64,000 bases of DNA from Roseibacillus sp. (lineage in GTDB: Bacteria; Verrucomicrobiota; Verrucomicrobiia; Verrucomicrobiales; Akkermansiaceae), in the NCBI GenBank assembly GCA_051251855.1, contig JBPOGI010000007.1, positions 32,001 through 96,000 on the forward strand, given 5' to 3'. The position numbers were made by a program, and so were the translations under genes. The notes beneath the pieces were generated by a model. The model made no database searches. It was given only the letters and a program-made list of their open reading frames with translations, and was not told where the DNA came from. The number at the start of each line of letters is the position of its first letter. The first letter of the stretch is position 1. This document shows, in pieces, positions 49,501-59,300 of this stretch.

Positions 49501-52148
49501 CTCAAAGAGGAGGCGCACTCGCTCTCTTGTTAGGCTCGGTAGAGCTTTGCAATACCATCATCTGGAACAACGCCGCCGCCGATGATTCCCTGACGACAAA
49601 CGCTTCGCTCTTCATGATGCCAGGGGGAGAGGAACCGACATTTTCTCATTCGCTCATCGCGAATTGGAGCAAAAGCAGCCTCGACTCATCAGGAGGAAGT
49701 CCAGCTACCAACTTGGAGCCCGTTGACCCGTCGCTCCAAGCCTTAGTCGATCTCGGCGAAGTGCCAACTGACACGGGTGACTCTCGGTTGACCCTTTCTT
49801 CTCCACTCTTTAATCTCGGAAAGGTCTTTAGCGATCAGCCATTACTCGACGCCAACGGTCAGCCCCGCTTCCGGAATGGCACTCCTGAGCTTGGAGCCTT
49901 CGAGCAAGACTTCATCCTCATCTATGTCGACGATACCGCAGTTGCGGGTGCTAATAACGGCACGAGTTGGGAGAACGCCTACCTGTCCTTAGACAATGCC
50001 ATTGGGACTTCGCAGCAGAACCTAGAGGGACGTATTTTCTATCTCGTGGCTGAAGGGCAATACTCCGGAGGAGGCGGCCACAATCGAGAGAGTAGTGTCT
50101 TTGGTGGCTTCCCCAATGGCGGCAGTATCTTCACCGCTCGCTCACCTGAGGACTTCGAGACGATTATCAACTCTCGCTACCAAGTGAGCGCCGTGAATAG
50201 TTCGCCGTCAGTCACCCTTGATGGGTTGATTTTTGAAGACGAGAGGGTCAGCGCTGTTGCAACAGACTTAACCCTTAAAGACTGCACCTTTCGAGCGACT
50301 AGCCTAGCTGCATTCTCTCAGGATGAGCCAGGAGTAGACGGACAAGACTCAAACATCTCAATAAACGGTTGCCAATTTCTCAGTGAATTTGGAGCGACTC
50401 GGGTAGACCTTTCCAACCTCCCCGGTTCGAACGCTAGCTACCGCCTGACAATGAGCGACACTTTCTTTCAGCGCCCTTCGCTCAGAACTTCTGGTTCTAT
50501 TGCTTCCATTGACGTGTTAAATACGCGCTTTCAAGAGCAGGGAACTCCTATCAATTCTTTCCCAGGTATCGGCTTATTCTCCGATCTGGCGAGTTGTCTC
50601 ACCTCATTCATTGATTGCGCCTTCGATGCTCCTGGAGGCCTCACCTTGGCACCAGGAACTCTCACTATTCAGGATTCTGAATTTATCGACACCAGCTTTA
50701 CTCACAGCGGAAGTTCGACCATCACAAGCTCGTCCTTCGAAACCACCAATCCATCCATTCAACAATTCGTGTTCATCTCTCTCGGAGATACAGCCATTGG
50801 TGAGATCAAGGATTGTGAGTTCACGGTTCCACTGAGTCTCAGTATCGGGGCAGCCTCCTCGTCAAATCACGGCATCACGAACACCTCCTTCTCAGATATC
50901 ACAGAAACCGCCCTAACCATTCTCAATGGGACTGAGGATGAGGCCGCTGTCACTCTCGATAGCTGTGACTTTACAAACAACTCATCCGATCGAGGAGGTG
51001 CTCTGAGTGCCAATGGAGTGACCGCGGAAAATTGTCGTTTTCGTGCCAATGAAGCGGCTTCCTTTGGGGGTGCCGTGCACTTAACTGGCGGTGAAAGCGT
51101 CTTTACCTCCTGCCAATTTTCTGGGAATTCAGTGTCCCAGATTTCTACAAGCGGGCTGGGTGGTGGTGGCGCCTTCCGTGCACTTAATGCTGATGCTACT
51201 TTTACAAACTGCATCTTCTCTGGCAACGAATCGAATCACCCCAATCGCCAAGGCGGAGTCATGCGAACCGATGGCACCGGGAGCTTTGCTTTTATCAATT
51301 GCCTCTTTCAAGGCAACTCAGGCTTCTCGGCTGGGGCCATTTATCAGGATGACGACGGAGTCAATTTCCAGTTTAGTAACTGCGTTTCCTGGGAAAATTT
51401 CACCTTGGACGTTCCCGGAGGAGTTAATTCTCCACCGACGCCTGCAGACCCTCAGAGTTATTTTTATGGCTTTAGCCCGAACGTGGATCCCGACTTGGAA
51501 TTCTTGCACTGCATGATCGAACATTTCGATGGCAGCGAATTAGATTCTTTCCCGAACTCCAGCAACAACCTCAAGCCAAAGGATCCTCTTTTCGTGGGTT
51601 CCATTTTACCCGCAGCAGCCCCAACTACTGCAGGTAACTTTAGACTCACGCAAAACTCTCCCCTTTTGGATGTCGGCTTCAATGGCGCCAACTCGACCTC
51701 CGAAGACATTGCAGGCCTCGCTCGGGTATTCAATGGCATCATTGACATCGGCCCCTACGAGTTCGATCCCAACGCCCCCGTAAACGATTTCGCCAGCCTC
51801 TTCCCGGGCCTAGTTCCCAACGGGGACGCGAACCAAAATGGGCTCACTAACTTCGAGGATTACGCTTCGGGAGCCGATCCCACGCTACCCCACGATCCTG
51901 ACTTTCTACCCTGCTATCACTCCACCAGTGGCAACCTCACTTTCCGCTCTCGCAATGACGTGGTAGACTTCCTTCTCGTCCGCGAACAGTCGACAACTCT
52001 TCTCCAGGATTCGTGGGTTACCATGCAGGAGGGTGTTCACTATCAACTTATCAATGAGACTGATCTCGGTCTCTTCACTTCAGTAGAGATTCAGATTCTC
52101 TCGGCCGAGCCTAAGCTCTTCTTCCGACTGAATTACACCACTCCTTAG
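46569..52148 (+). CDS. Large secreted right-handed beta-helix repeat protein (Pmp / choice-of-anchor Q-like)
   Basis: VVTNTDDSGAGSLRAAI; many FxxN..GGA repeats; modules ending D[LI]GA[AYF]E followed by I[YH]VD..G.[SG]W..A. Confidence 0.85.
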   Translation: MFSHLKAYLRIFFFSWLTVFELHAQFVVTNTDDSGAGSLRAAIASGNKTVTFDESLNGTVITVQSPLVLDNEITITASSLPDGIRLSGSGVGRILEITTLSPCNLRGLTLEQGFSTSGAGAVLCGSGTVPFFVNCIFTNNSTLQSGGAVYCAQATPTFENCIFLGNSAGSTGGGLTNQDSVVTLRNCTLTQNSSINGAAAIHSTTGGSSITTLRNTIVWDNSVGGNSSNANASISFGGGNVARFQSSMLANYNATTLDNSNVASGSNFSSVDPQFRLETSDDLRLLQTSPLLNGGNNAWVDTTGLDVYKLPRLVGTNVDLGAAEARRLIYVDIATNGGETGDSWADAFTSLQEALFDQNGSEALEVWVAEGVYLSSDGVPSNAPNIFTITEHISIYGGFPSGGGDGTFEERNNKRTPSILTRVLSAAEQADPFISNEFRDPDVIDMDAENAPAILDGFTITGGRSECSGECIVRNCHFTETKGVGLFVLPNYSPPPPVLIEDCEFTKIESRGLPNDLGGLGSPLVGGALRIQEFNQQEAFSMVVRRCSFRGNLSRTGSPGISTRITFDESRLEIEGCEFTGNVGITTPSAIESIGFHQLSIRNSTFHGNSSVAEEGSLFRQEVIVASPPFGQSLLSRVSLAGCVVSGNNFPGNISVFYKLDGDPQNIHIANMIEGLSASFLNNLSIFNSGNIDESDPLFFHPITPGDSPQLTADVRIAATSPLLDGLASNPNKFDRQGNPRNINGSQDIGAYEGGNIIHVDAARAGGDGSGWTQAMVDLQDALDLAETRSATIPAQEIWVAAGEYLPDEGSSQTNNLRDSTFHLLSGVRLQGGYPSLESGLPADRDFVANRTTLSGDIDGDGLLDDNCYHVVTATDTDCLASLDGFTVTGGNANSSSTRGQGAGLYIAQNGRAHFESCQFLGNSARFGGGAFVTAGSFPSFTSCLFSGNAASNDGGALVSVSSSLPVLTNCTLQGNTAQRGGALALLLGSVELCNTIIWNNAAADDSLTTNASLFMMPGGEEPTFSHSLIANWSKSSLDSSGGSPATNLEPVDPSLQALVDLGEVPTDTGDSRLTLSSPLFNLGKVFSDQPLLDANGQPRFRNGTPELGAFEQDFILIYVDDTAVAGANNGTSWENAYLSLDNAIGTSQQNLEGRIFYLVAEGQYSGGGGHNRESSVFGGFPNGGSIFTARSPEDFETIINSRYQVSAVNSSPSVTLDGLIFEDERVSAVATDLTLKDCTFRATSLAAFSQDEPGVDGQDSNISINGCQFLSEFGATRVDLSNLPGSNASYRLTMSDTFFQRPSLRTSGSIASIDVLNTRFQEQGTPINSFPGIGLFSDLASCLTSFIDCAFDAPGGLTLAPGTLTIQDSEFIDTSFTHSGSSTITSSSFETTNPSIQQFVFISLGDTAIGEIKDCEFTVPLSLSIGAASSSNHGITNTSFSDITETALTILNGTEDEAAVTLDSCDFTNNSSDRGGALSANGVTAENCRFRANEAASFGGAVHLTGGESVFTSCQFSGNSVSQISTSGLGGGGAFRALNADATFTNCIFSGNESNHPNRQGGVMRTDGTGSFAFINCLFQGNSGFSAGAIYQDDDGVNFQFSNCVSWENFTLDVPGGVNSPPTPADPQSYFYGFSPNVDPDLEFLHCMIEHFDGSELDSFPNSSNNLKPKDPLFVGSILPAAAPTTAGNFRLTQNSPLLDVGFNGANSTSEDIAGLARVFNGIIDIGPYEFDPNAPVNDFASLFPGLVPNGDANQNGLTNFEDYASGADPTLPHDPDFLPCYHSTSGNLTFRSRNDVVDFLLVREQSTTLLQDSWVTMQEGVHYQLINETDLGLFTSVEIQILSAEPKLFFRLNYTTP

Positions 52149-52210
52149 AAATCGTTCGGCCCTTCAATTTCGAGGGAGTACAAAATTCAAGACAACTCAC
52201 TGCCTATAAA

Positions 52211-52296
52211 TGGTACGCACGAGAGGACTCGAACCTCCACATCCAAAGGACACTGCCACCTGAAGACAGCGCGTCTACCAATTCCGCCACGTGCGC
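52211..52296 (-). tRNA. tRNA-Leu(CAG)
   Basis: GCGCACGTGGCGGAATTGGTAGACGCGCTGTCTTCAGGTGGCAG...GGTTCGAGTCCTCTCGTGCGTACCA; long variable arm and encoded CCA. Confidence 0.96.
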
Positions 52297-52446
52297 ACGT
52301 TGCTGGTAAGTGGCGACAAAATCATGATTGGGCGCGCAAATCAACCTGAAATCCACTCTGTCTGAAGAGATTTCTCAGAATCTCGCCTGTCGCACTTTTC
52401 TCTATCGATCCGTTCCCTTTCTCTTACCTTGGGCTACACAATTCTC

Positions 52447-55389
52447 ATGAAGAAAGCACTCCCGCTCATTTTTGCCATCGCCATCCTTGGTGCTGGCTTT
52501 CTCATCGTCTCCCAGAAACAACGAGAAGACCCCGAGGTTTCACCGAACTCTTCCGAAGAAAGGGCCGAAACGGAAACTCAAAAGACTTCCGAAGAGCCTG
52601 AGGAGAGTCCTGCCGAAGCCACCTTCGCGACCGCCCCCCGCGTTCCTTGGCCTCACGAGACCGGTGACATCCCCGCCAACGAGCGTGCCACTTTCGGCTC
52701 TCTCGAAAACGGCCTGCGCTACGTGATCATCCCCAACTCCGAGCCCCCGAAGCGCGTTTCGCTCCGTCTCCACATCGATGCCGGCTCTCTCCACGAAGCC
52801 GACGACCAACAAGGGGTCGCCCACTTCTTGGAGCACATGGTCTTTAACGGTTCCCGCAACTTCCCTGACCCCAAGGACCTCATTCCCCAGATGGAGCGCC
52901 TCGGAATCGCCTTCGGTGCCCACGCGAATGCTTACACTTCCTTCGACGAAACGGTCTACATGTTAGACCTCCCCAACCTCGCCGAGCCAACTCTCCAACT
53001 CGCCTTCACCGTGATGGGCGACTTCGCTGACGGGGCTCTTCTCAAAAGCGAAGAAATCGACAAGGAACGCGGTGTCATTCTTTCCGAGAAAAACTCCCGC
53101 GACTCGGTGCAAACCCGCCTCATGGAACAGCAATTTGAGATGCTCATGCCGGATTCGCTCATCACTCGCCGCTTCCCCATCGGCATTGAGGAAGTCATTA
53201 AAAACGCCGTTCGCGAGCGCTTTGTCAATTTCTACGAGAACTACTACGTTCCTCAAAAAATGACCTTCATCGTCGCCGGTGACATCGAAGTCGCAGCCAT
53301 GGAAGAACGCATCCAGAAGGCCTTCGCCTCCCTGAAAAACCCCGAAACTCCCGGTGCTGACCCCGACTTGGGCTCCATCCCTAGCGGCACCGGATTCCGC
53401 GCCGCCATTTTCTCAGACCCCGAGGTCGCTTCCGACGACCTCTCTCTGCTCCAACTGAATAAGGCCGAAGTGAAATCCGATTCCGTAGCCGTGCGCCTTG
53501 AAAAGCAGCCTCTCTCAGTCGCCCACGCCATGCTCAACCGCCGCTTCTCCATTCTCGCTAAGAAGGAAAATTCCCCTATTCAAAGCGGAAGCGCTTCCAA
53601 GGGCGTCTGGTTCCAAGCGATGGAATACGGTTCCATCGACATCACCGCCGCCGAAGACCGCTGGCAAGACGCCGTTCCTGTTCTTGAGCAAGAATTCCGT
53701 CGCGCTCTCGAATACGGCTTCAACCAATCCGAGTTCGACGAAATCAAAGCGAACCTTCTCAACGCTTACGAACAAGCGGTTGAACGTGAAGCCACTACCC
53801 AATCCCCCAACTTAGCCATGTCCGTCGTGCAAGGCATCAATGACCTCGGAGCGTTCTCCTCTCCTACCGAAAACCTTCGCATCGCTCAACTCGGACTCGA
53901 CAAGCTCACCCCCAAAGCCTGCCACCAAGCCTTCCAAGAGTTCTGGGACACCCCCGACCTTACTCTCGTCCTCACCACTTCCAAGGAAGAGGACGACACC
54001 AAGGACACCCTCCTCTCACTCTACGAACAAAGCAAAGGACAAGAGGTCAAGCAGATGATCGAAGAAGCCACCGCTGACTTTGCCTACACCCAATTCGGAA
54101 CCACAGGCTCCATCGAATCTGAGACCCGCGTCGAAGAACTCGACATCACCCAACTTGTTCTCTCCAACCAAGTGCGCGTCAACCTCAAGCGCACTGAGTT
54201 TGCCAAAAACTCCATCAGCTTAACAGCCCTCTTCGGCAGCGGCAAACAGACCATGCCCAAGGACAAGCCCGGTCTCGACCAACTCGCGGGAGCGCTCCTC
54301 AACGCCGGCGGCCTCGGCCAGCACTCCGAGGACGACCTCCAGCGCATCCTCGCTGGCATCAACGTAGGAGCGGGCTTCGGCATCTCCGATACCGCGCTGA
54401 GCCTTTCCGGCCGCACCACCCCCGACGACCTCGAACGCCAACTCCAGCTCATGTGCGCCTACCTCACCGACCCTGGTTTTCGCCAAGAGGCCATCCGCCA
54501 ATACCAAAAGGCTCTCCCCGACATGTATGACCAACTCAAGCACGACATGAGCGGCGCCCAAGCCAAGATGTCGCAATGGCTTTACAGCGATGACTCCCGC
54601 TTCACCATCCCCCCCCTCGAGCAGGCGCTCAGCTATAGCGAAAAGGACGTGAAGGACTGGCTTCTCCCCCAGATTGACAGTGACTACCTCGAACTCAGCA
54701 TCGTAGGCGACTTCGACCCTGAAGCTCTCAAAGCTGCACTCACCACCACCTTCGGAGCTCTCCCCGTGCGCCAAGCCACTCCTCAAGAATACCCCGAAGC
54801 CCTCACCATCCAATTCCCGTCGACACAACAGGAGAAAGTCTTCACCTACGAATCCAAGATTCCTAAAGCCGCAGCCATGGTCCTTTGGAAGACCCAGGGA
54901 ATGGGCGAAGAAATCTCCAAAGCACGCCGCTTCAACATCGTCGCCGACATTTTGAGCAATCGTATGCGTGAAAAAATCCGCGAAGAACTCGGTGCAACCT
55001 ACTCTCCTCAAGCCGCCTCCCAACCCTCGGATAGCTTCCCTGACTTTGGCTACCTCTTCGGATTCTCCATCGCGAAACCGGAAGACCTCGCCACCATCAA
55101 TGCCATCACTTTGGAACTCGGCGAAACCTTCAGCAAGGAAGGCGCCACCGCCGACGAACTCGAACGCGCCATCAACCCCGTCATCTCCCAGCTTGAACAA
55201 GTCGAAAGAGATAACGGATACTGGCTCGGAACTGTGATGTCTCGTTCCCAGTCAGAGCCCAAGCGTCTCGAGTGGGCCATCCAGCGCAACGACGACTACA
55301 AGTCTATCACCTTGGACGAAGTCAATCAACTCGCCGCCGAATACCTCCAGCCAGCCAATGCGATTCAGGTTGAACTCAAGCCAGAATAA
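52447..55389 (+). CDS. M16 family zinc peptidase (PqqL-like insulinase)
   Basis: LENGLRY, HFLEH (HxxEH), NAYTSFDET.Y and IREELGATY; N-terminal anchor. Confidence 0.93.
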   Translation: MKKALPLIFAIAILGAGFLIVSQKQREDPEVSPNSSEERAETETQKTSEEPEESPAEATFATAPRVPWPHETGDIPANERATFGSLENGLRYVIIPNSEPPKRVSLRLHIDAGSLHEADDQQGVAHFLEHMVFNGSRNFPDPKDLIPQMERLGIAFGAHANAYTSFDETVYMLDLPNLAEPTLQLAFTVMGDFADGALLKSEEIDKERGVILSEKNSRDSVQTRLMEQQFEMLMPDSLITRRFPIGIEEVIKNAVRERFVNFYENYYVPQKMTFIVAGDIEVAAMEERIQKAFASLKNPETPGADPDLGSIPSGTGFRAAIFSDPEVASDDLSLLQLNKAEVKSDSVAVRLEKQPLSVAHAMLNRRFSILAKKENSPIQSGSASKGVWFQAMEYGSIDITAAEDRWQDAVPVLEQEFRRALEYGFNQSEFDEIKANLLNAYEQAVEREATTQSPNLAMSVVQGINDLGAFSSPTENLRIAQLGLDKLTPKACHQAFQEFWDTPDLTLVLTTSKEEDDTKDTLLSLYEQSKGQEVKQMIEEATADFAYTQFGTTGSIESETRVEELDITQLVLSNQVRVNLKRTEFAKNSISLTALFGSGKQTMPKDKPGLDQLAGALLNAGGLGQHSEDDLQRILAGINVGAGFGISDTALSLSGRTTPDDLERQLQLMCAYLTDPGFRQEAIRQYQKALPDMYDQLKHDMSGAQAKMSQWLYSDDSRFTIPPLEQALSYSEKDVKDWLLPQIDSDYLELSIVGDFDPEALKAALTTTFGALPVRQATPQEYPEALTIQFPSTQQEKVFTYESKIPKAAAMVLWKTQGMGEEISKARRFNIVADILSNRMREKIREELGATYSPQAASQPSDSFPDFGYLFGFSIAKPEDLATINAITLELGETFSKEGATADELERAINPVISQLEQVERDNGYWLGTVMSRSQSEPKRLEWAIQRNDDYKSITLDEVNQLAAEYLQPANAIQVELKPE

Positions 55390-55403
55390 GTTCTTCAATT
55401 GAC

Positions 55404-55601
55404 CGGAGGGGCGGCTTTTATTGCCGCCCTTTTTGTTACGATGACGACTGAAGTTGTCACTCCCAGATTATCGAACCGTCAAGGAGGGGCAGCTTCGGTC
55501 GTCTAGTGCTGCAATCTTCACGTAGCCGCTTTGGTGACAAAGCGGGCTGAACACTCCTTCTCGAGGCTCTCACCGCCCGAATTGTCACCAAATCAGCTAC
55601 G
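55404..55601. repeat. Cluster of REP-like palindromes (GGAG units and an inverted GTAG pair)
   Basis: CGGAGGGGCGGCTTTTATTGCCGCC (55404-55428) and ATGACGACTGAAGTTGTCACTCC (55441-55463). CGTAGCCGCTTTGGTGACAAAGCGGGC (55521-55547) is inverted against 55575-55601. Confidence 0.78.
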
Positions 55602-55680
55602 ATAAAAGCAGATCAAGAAATCTGAAAAACAACACCGACTCGCGCGATAAAATGAGCAGCGAAATCGAAAAAAGAGAAAA

Positions 55681-55756
55681 TGGAGCCGGCTAACGGATTC
55701 GAACCGTTGACCTACTGATTACAAATCAGTTGCTCTACCAACTGAGCTAAGCCGGC
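55681..55756 (-). tRNA. tRNA-Thr(UGU)
   Basis: GCCGGCTTAGCTCAGTTGGTAGAGCAACTGATTTGTAATCAGTAGGTCAACGGTTCGAATCCGTTAGCCGGCTCCA. Confidence 0.97.
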
Positions 55757-55791
55757 CATTCCCTTACGGGAATTCTCTTTCGAGGGCGCGG

Positions 55792-55819
55792 AGTATGCCT
55801 TTTCTCCCCTTCCACGCAA
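55792..55819 (-). promoter_or_regulatory. Putative sigma70 promoter of tRNA-Thr
   Basis: TTGCGT-N16-CATACT followed by a GC-rich discriminator. Confidence 0.5.
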
Positions 55820-55899
55820 GACCAAAGAGAATCCAATTTGGCATTTTTCCGCCCGCACTCCTGACTCCGTTCTCGATAAATCCAGTCTCCCCAATTCAG

Positions 55900-56388
55900 C
55901 TAGTGAAAAGGAAACGAGCCCACACTCTTGGAGCCATCAGGTTTTTCGATCTCCAGCCACCACTGGCCACCTTCAGGGAGCGGATCCGGGGCTACCAAAT
56001 GAACATCGTAGTCATCATGTCCGGAAGCCCAGACGCCCTTGCCCACCGACGAAAGAGTACGGTCCTCGGTGCCAATCCAAGCTCGAAGCACGGTCGCTCC
56101 GCTATCATTATAGGGCAGTTTAATCACAAGGTGGCCTTCTTTCCCTGCTTCCACGACACCGTGCATTTGCGCGGCCTCAACAGTAGTCTCACCAATCGTC
56201 ACCTCGCCAATCGGCATTTCCTCTCCGTGATCATGGTCATGGGGATCTTCTTCCTTGGCAGCGGACTCTTCATGGCCCTCGCCTTCCGCATGGTCGTGAC
56301 CCGCATGAGGATCCGTGCTTGCGGGCTTACAACTCACGAGAAGAGCAGCGGTCATCATTATGGGAGCTAGGGCAGTGGTGGCTTTCAT
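55900..56388 (-). CDS. His-rich lipoprotein, probable metal-binding accessory protein
   Basis: LLVSC lipobox; HAGHDH and HDHDHG; start overlaps the RND gene stop. Confidence 0.8.
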   Translation of the reverse strand: MKATTALAPIMMTAALLVSCKPASTDPHAGHDHAEGEGHEESAAKEEDPHDHDHGEEMPIGEVTIGETTVEAAQMHGVVEAGKEGHLVIKLPYNDSGATVLRAWIGTEDRTLSSVGKGVWASGHDDYDVHLVAPDPLPEGGQWWLEIEKPDGSKSVGSFPFH

Positions 56389-59300
56389 TTCGTTTTTCTT
56401 TCTTTTGTGTTGGTTTGAGATTTTTTTCCAGAGACTCGGTGGATGGCAGCATAACCTGCCGGCACTACAATCAAATTGAGGAAGGTGGACGACAGCAATC
56501 CTCCCAGAATGACCACTGAAAGAGGAGCGAGAATTTCGTTCCCCGGCTTGTCCCCTTTCAGGACGATGGGCACGACGGCCAGCGCAGCAGTGAGCGCCGT
56601 CATCAAAATCGGGATCAGACGCTCGCTGGAACCCTGAACAATCGCCTCATACATCGTCTTCCCCTCATGCGCCACCAGATGCTGATAATGATTGACTAAG
56701 AGAATTCCGTTGCGCACCGCGATTCCAAACAAAGTGATAAACCCAACCATACTGGCAATCGAAATCACTGGGGCAGTGTAATGCCCCCCTTGCCCAAAGA
56801 GCGCCATGATATTGCTCAACAATCCTGGTGACTCAGCCAAGAAGATGGCAACCACTCCTCCGATGAGCGCCAAAGGCAGATTCACCAAAACAAGCAGCGC
56901 CACTCGAAACGATCCCACCGCAAGTTGCAGCAGGAAAATCATAATAAACACCACCAGCCCGCTATAGATAAAGATGGTGCGACTCGCCGACTGCTGAGCC
57001 TCGAACTGCCCTCCGTAGCTGACGGTGAAACCATACTTTCCCACAATGGGATCCACGCGCTCGCGGACCTCACCCACCAAATGCCCTAGATTGTAACCTT
57101 CTTCCACGTTTAAGGTGATGACCGCCTTGCGCTGGGCATTCTCCCGCGCGATGAGATTGGACGTCATCTCCGGGCCGATGTCCGCCACCTCATGCAGGCG
57201 AACCAAAGCACCCCCCTGCCCGCGCAGAATCAGGTTTTCGAGGTCGCACACTTCGTCCCGCTCCGATTCATCGAGCCTCACCGCCAACTGATAGCGTTTG
57301 GTTCCTTCGTTAATCTCCGCCACCGTAATGCCAAAGACCGCATCGCGCACTTGTTGCGAAGCCGACTGGGGAGTGAGACCGTAGGCTGCTAAATCGGCAG
57401 GACGATAAATCACCGGCAACGACTGAATGAGAACCTCCCGACTCGCCGCAACATCCCGCGTCCCCGGGAGAGGCTTGAGCACGCCTTCAATCTCTTTCGC
57501 AATGATGCGCAGGGTGTCCAAGTCCTCGCCATAAACACTGATCGCAATTGCAGCTGGCGTCCCCGAGAGAATGTGGCTCAAGCGATGCTCGATGGGTTGC
57601 CCAATATTGGTCGTGATCCCGGGAACGCTCTCTAACACCTGACTCATCTCTTGGCGCACTTTCTCCTGCGAAAACCCTTCCCGCACAGTCACCTCGATAT
57701 CAGAATTACTCACCGGCTCAGCGTGCTCATCGCGCTCCGCTCGACCAGTCCGGCGAGTCACACTCTTCACTCCTTCAATCGCTAGCAGCTGTTTCTCGAC
57801 TCCACGAGCCATACGGTCACTCGCTTGCAGAGAAGTTCCCGGTGGCGCGAAAAGCCCCACCAAAAAGGTGCCTTCATTAAATTCAGGCAAAAACGAAGTC
57901 CCAAAAGTCGACCCCAACCAAGCCGCCATCCCGGTCGCCACCATCGCAGTAACCAAGACCAGCGCCTTGAACCGAACGGCTAGCCGCACCAACGGAGTGT
58001 AGAGCTTTTTCAAAGACCGAACCAAGAAAGGCTCACTCTTTTCCTTCGTTTTTTTCTGCCCATGCATCAAGTAGCGACACATGGCAGGCGTGACCGTGAG
58101 CGCCACCGCCAGCGAGGCGATAATGGAAACTCCAAACGCGATCCCCAGCGGACGGAAGAAGCGTCCTTCGATTCCCCCTAAAAACATGAGCGGTAAAAAG
58201 GCGAGCACGATGATGAGGGTAGCAAAGACCATCGCCGGTCGAATCTCATTACTGGCATCCAGAATCACGGTCAGTCGTGGCCGCTGCTCAGAGTCGGGCT
58301 TGGCCGCATTCTCATTGAGCCGTCGAAAGACGTTTTCAACATCGATGATGGCATCGTCGACGAGACTCCCCACTGCAATCGCAAGCCCGCCAAGCGTCAT
58401 GACGTTGACCGACATTTGCATCCATTCAAAAACTAACAACCCCACCGCCAACGAAAGAGGAATTGCGATAAGGGTGATGATGGTGGTGCGTACGTTGAGA
58501 AGAAACAGAATCAAAATCACCGCCACAATGATGGCCGCGTCGCGCAGGGCATGGACCACGTTTTCGACCGAGCGCTCGATGAACTCCGCTTGCCGAAAGA
58601 CATCGCGATTGATTTCCAATCCCTCCGGAAGAGACGACGCCAACTCATCGAGCATCACATCCACCGTCTCCGTCACCGCCAGAGTGTTGGTCCCGGGAGC
58701 CTTTTGCACTGTTAAGACCACCGCAGCCCTTCCCCCATCCGCTCCCGTTCCCCGCACCGGAGCTGGCGCGATACGAACGTCGGCCACTTGACTGATCGGA
58801 ACCGGAAAGTTGTCGTGATATTTGATAATCGTCCCCGCAACATCTTCCACTGACCGAACCCGACCCGTTTGCCGAATCGGAAGCTCCAGCGAGTCCACGT
58901 TCATCAAATAGCCTGCACTCAGCGTGCTATGCGAAGCCCCCGCCGCCTCCGCCACATCGGCCAAAGTCAAGTCGTAGAGTCTCAAGTCATCCTGCCTCAC
59001 ACTGACCTGATACTCCGGCAGCTCACCTCCAATGACTGACACCTGCGAGACCCCGGGAATAGCGAGCAGACGATTGCGCAAATCGAATTCAGCAAAGGAT
59101 CGAATCTCCATCTGACTCATCTCCCCCGCGGGTGAAGTCAGTGCCAGCAACATGATCTCCCCCGTGATGGAGGTGATGGGCGTCATCTCGGCATGAGCAT
59201 CGGGAGGCAACACCTCGCGCACCGCGTCCAGCCGTTCCGAGACCATCTGCCGAGCGGTAAAGATTTCCATATCCCAATCAAATTCGACGTAGGCAATGGA

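Noticed and set aside
33198..55200. Other long antisense ORFs (33198..34124, 45357..46172, 54220..55200)
   Set aside because: Each fully overlaps a well-supported gene on the opposite strand and has no recognisable motif.
55404..55601. CRISPR array
   Set aside because: The repeats are inverted, heterogeneous and not regularly spaced, and there are no cas genes.
52149..55756. Integrative element or prophage at tRNA-Leu or tRNA-Thr
   Set aside because: I saw no integrase, phage gene or duplicated tRNA 3' end (att) in the window.
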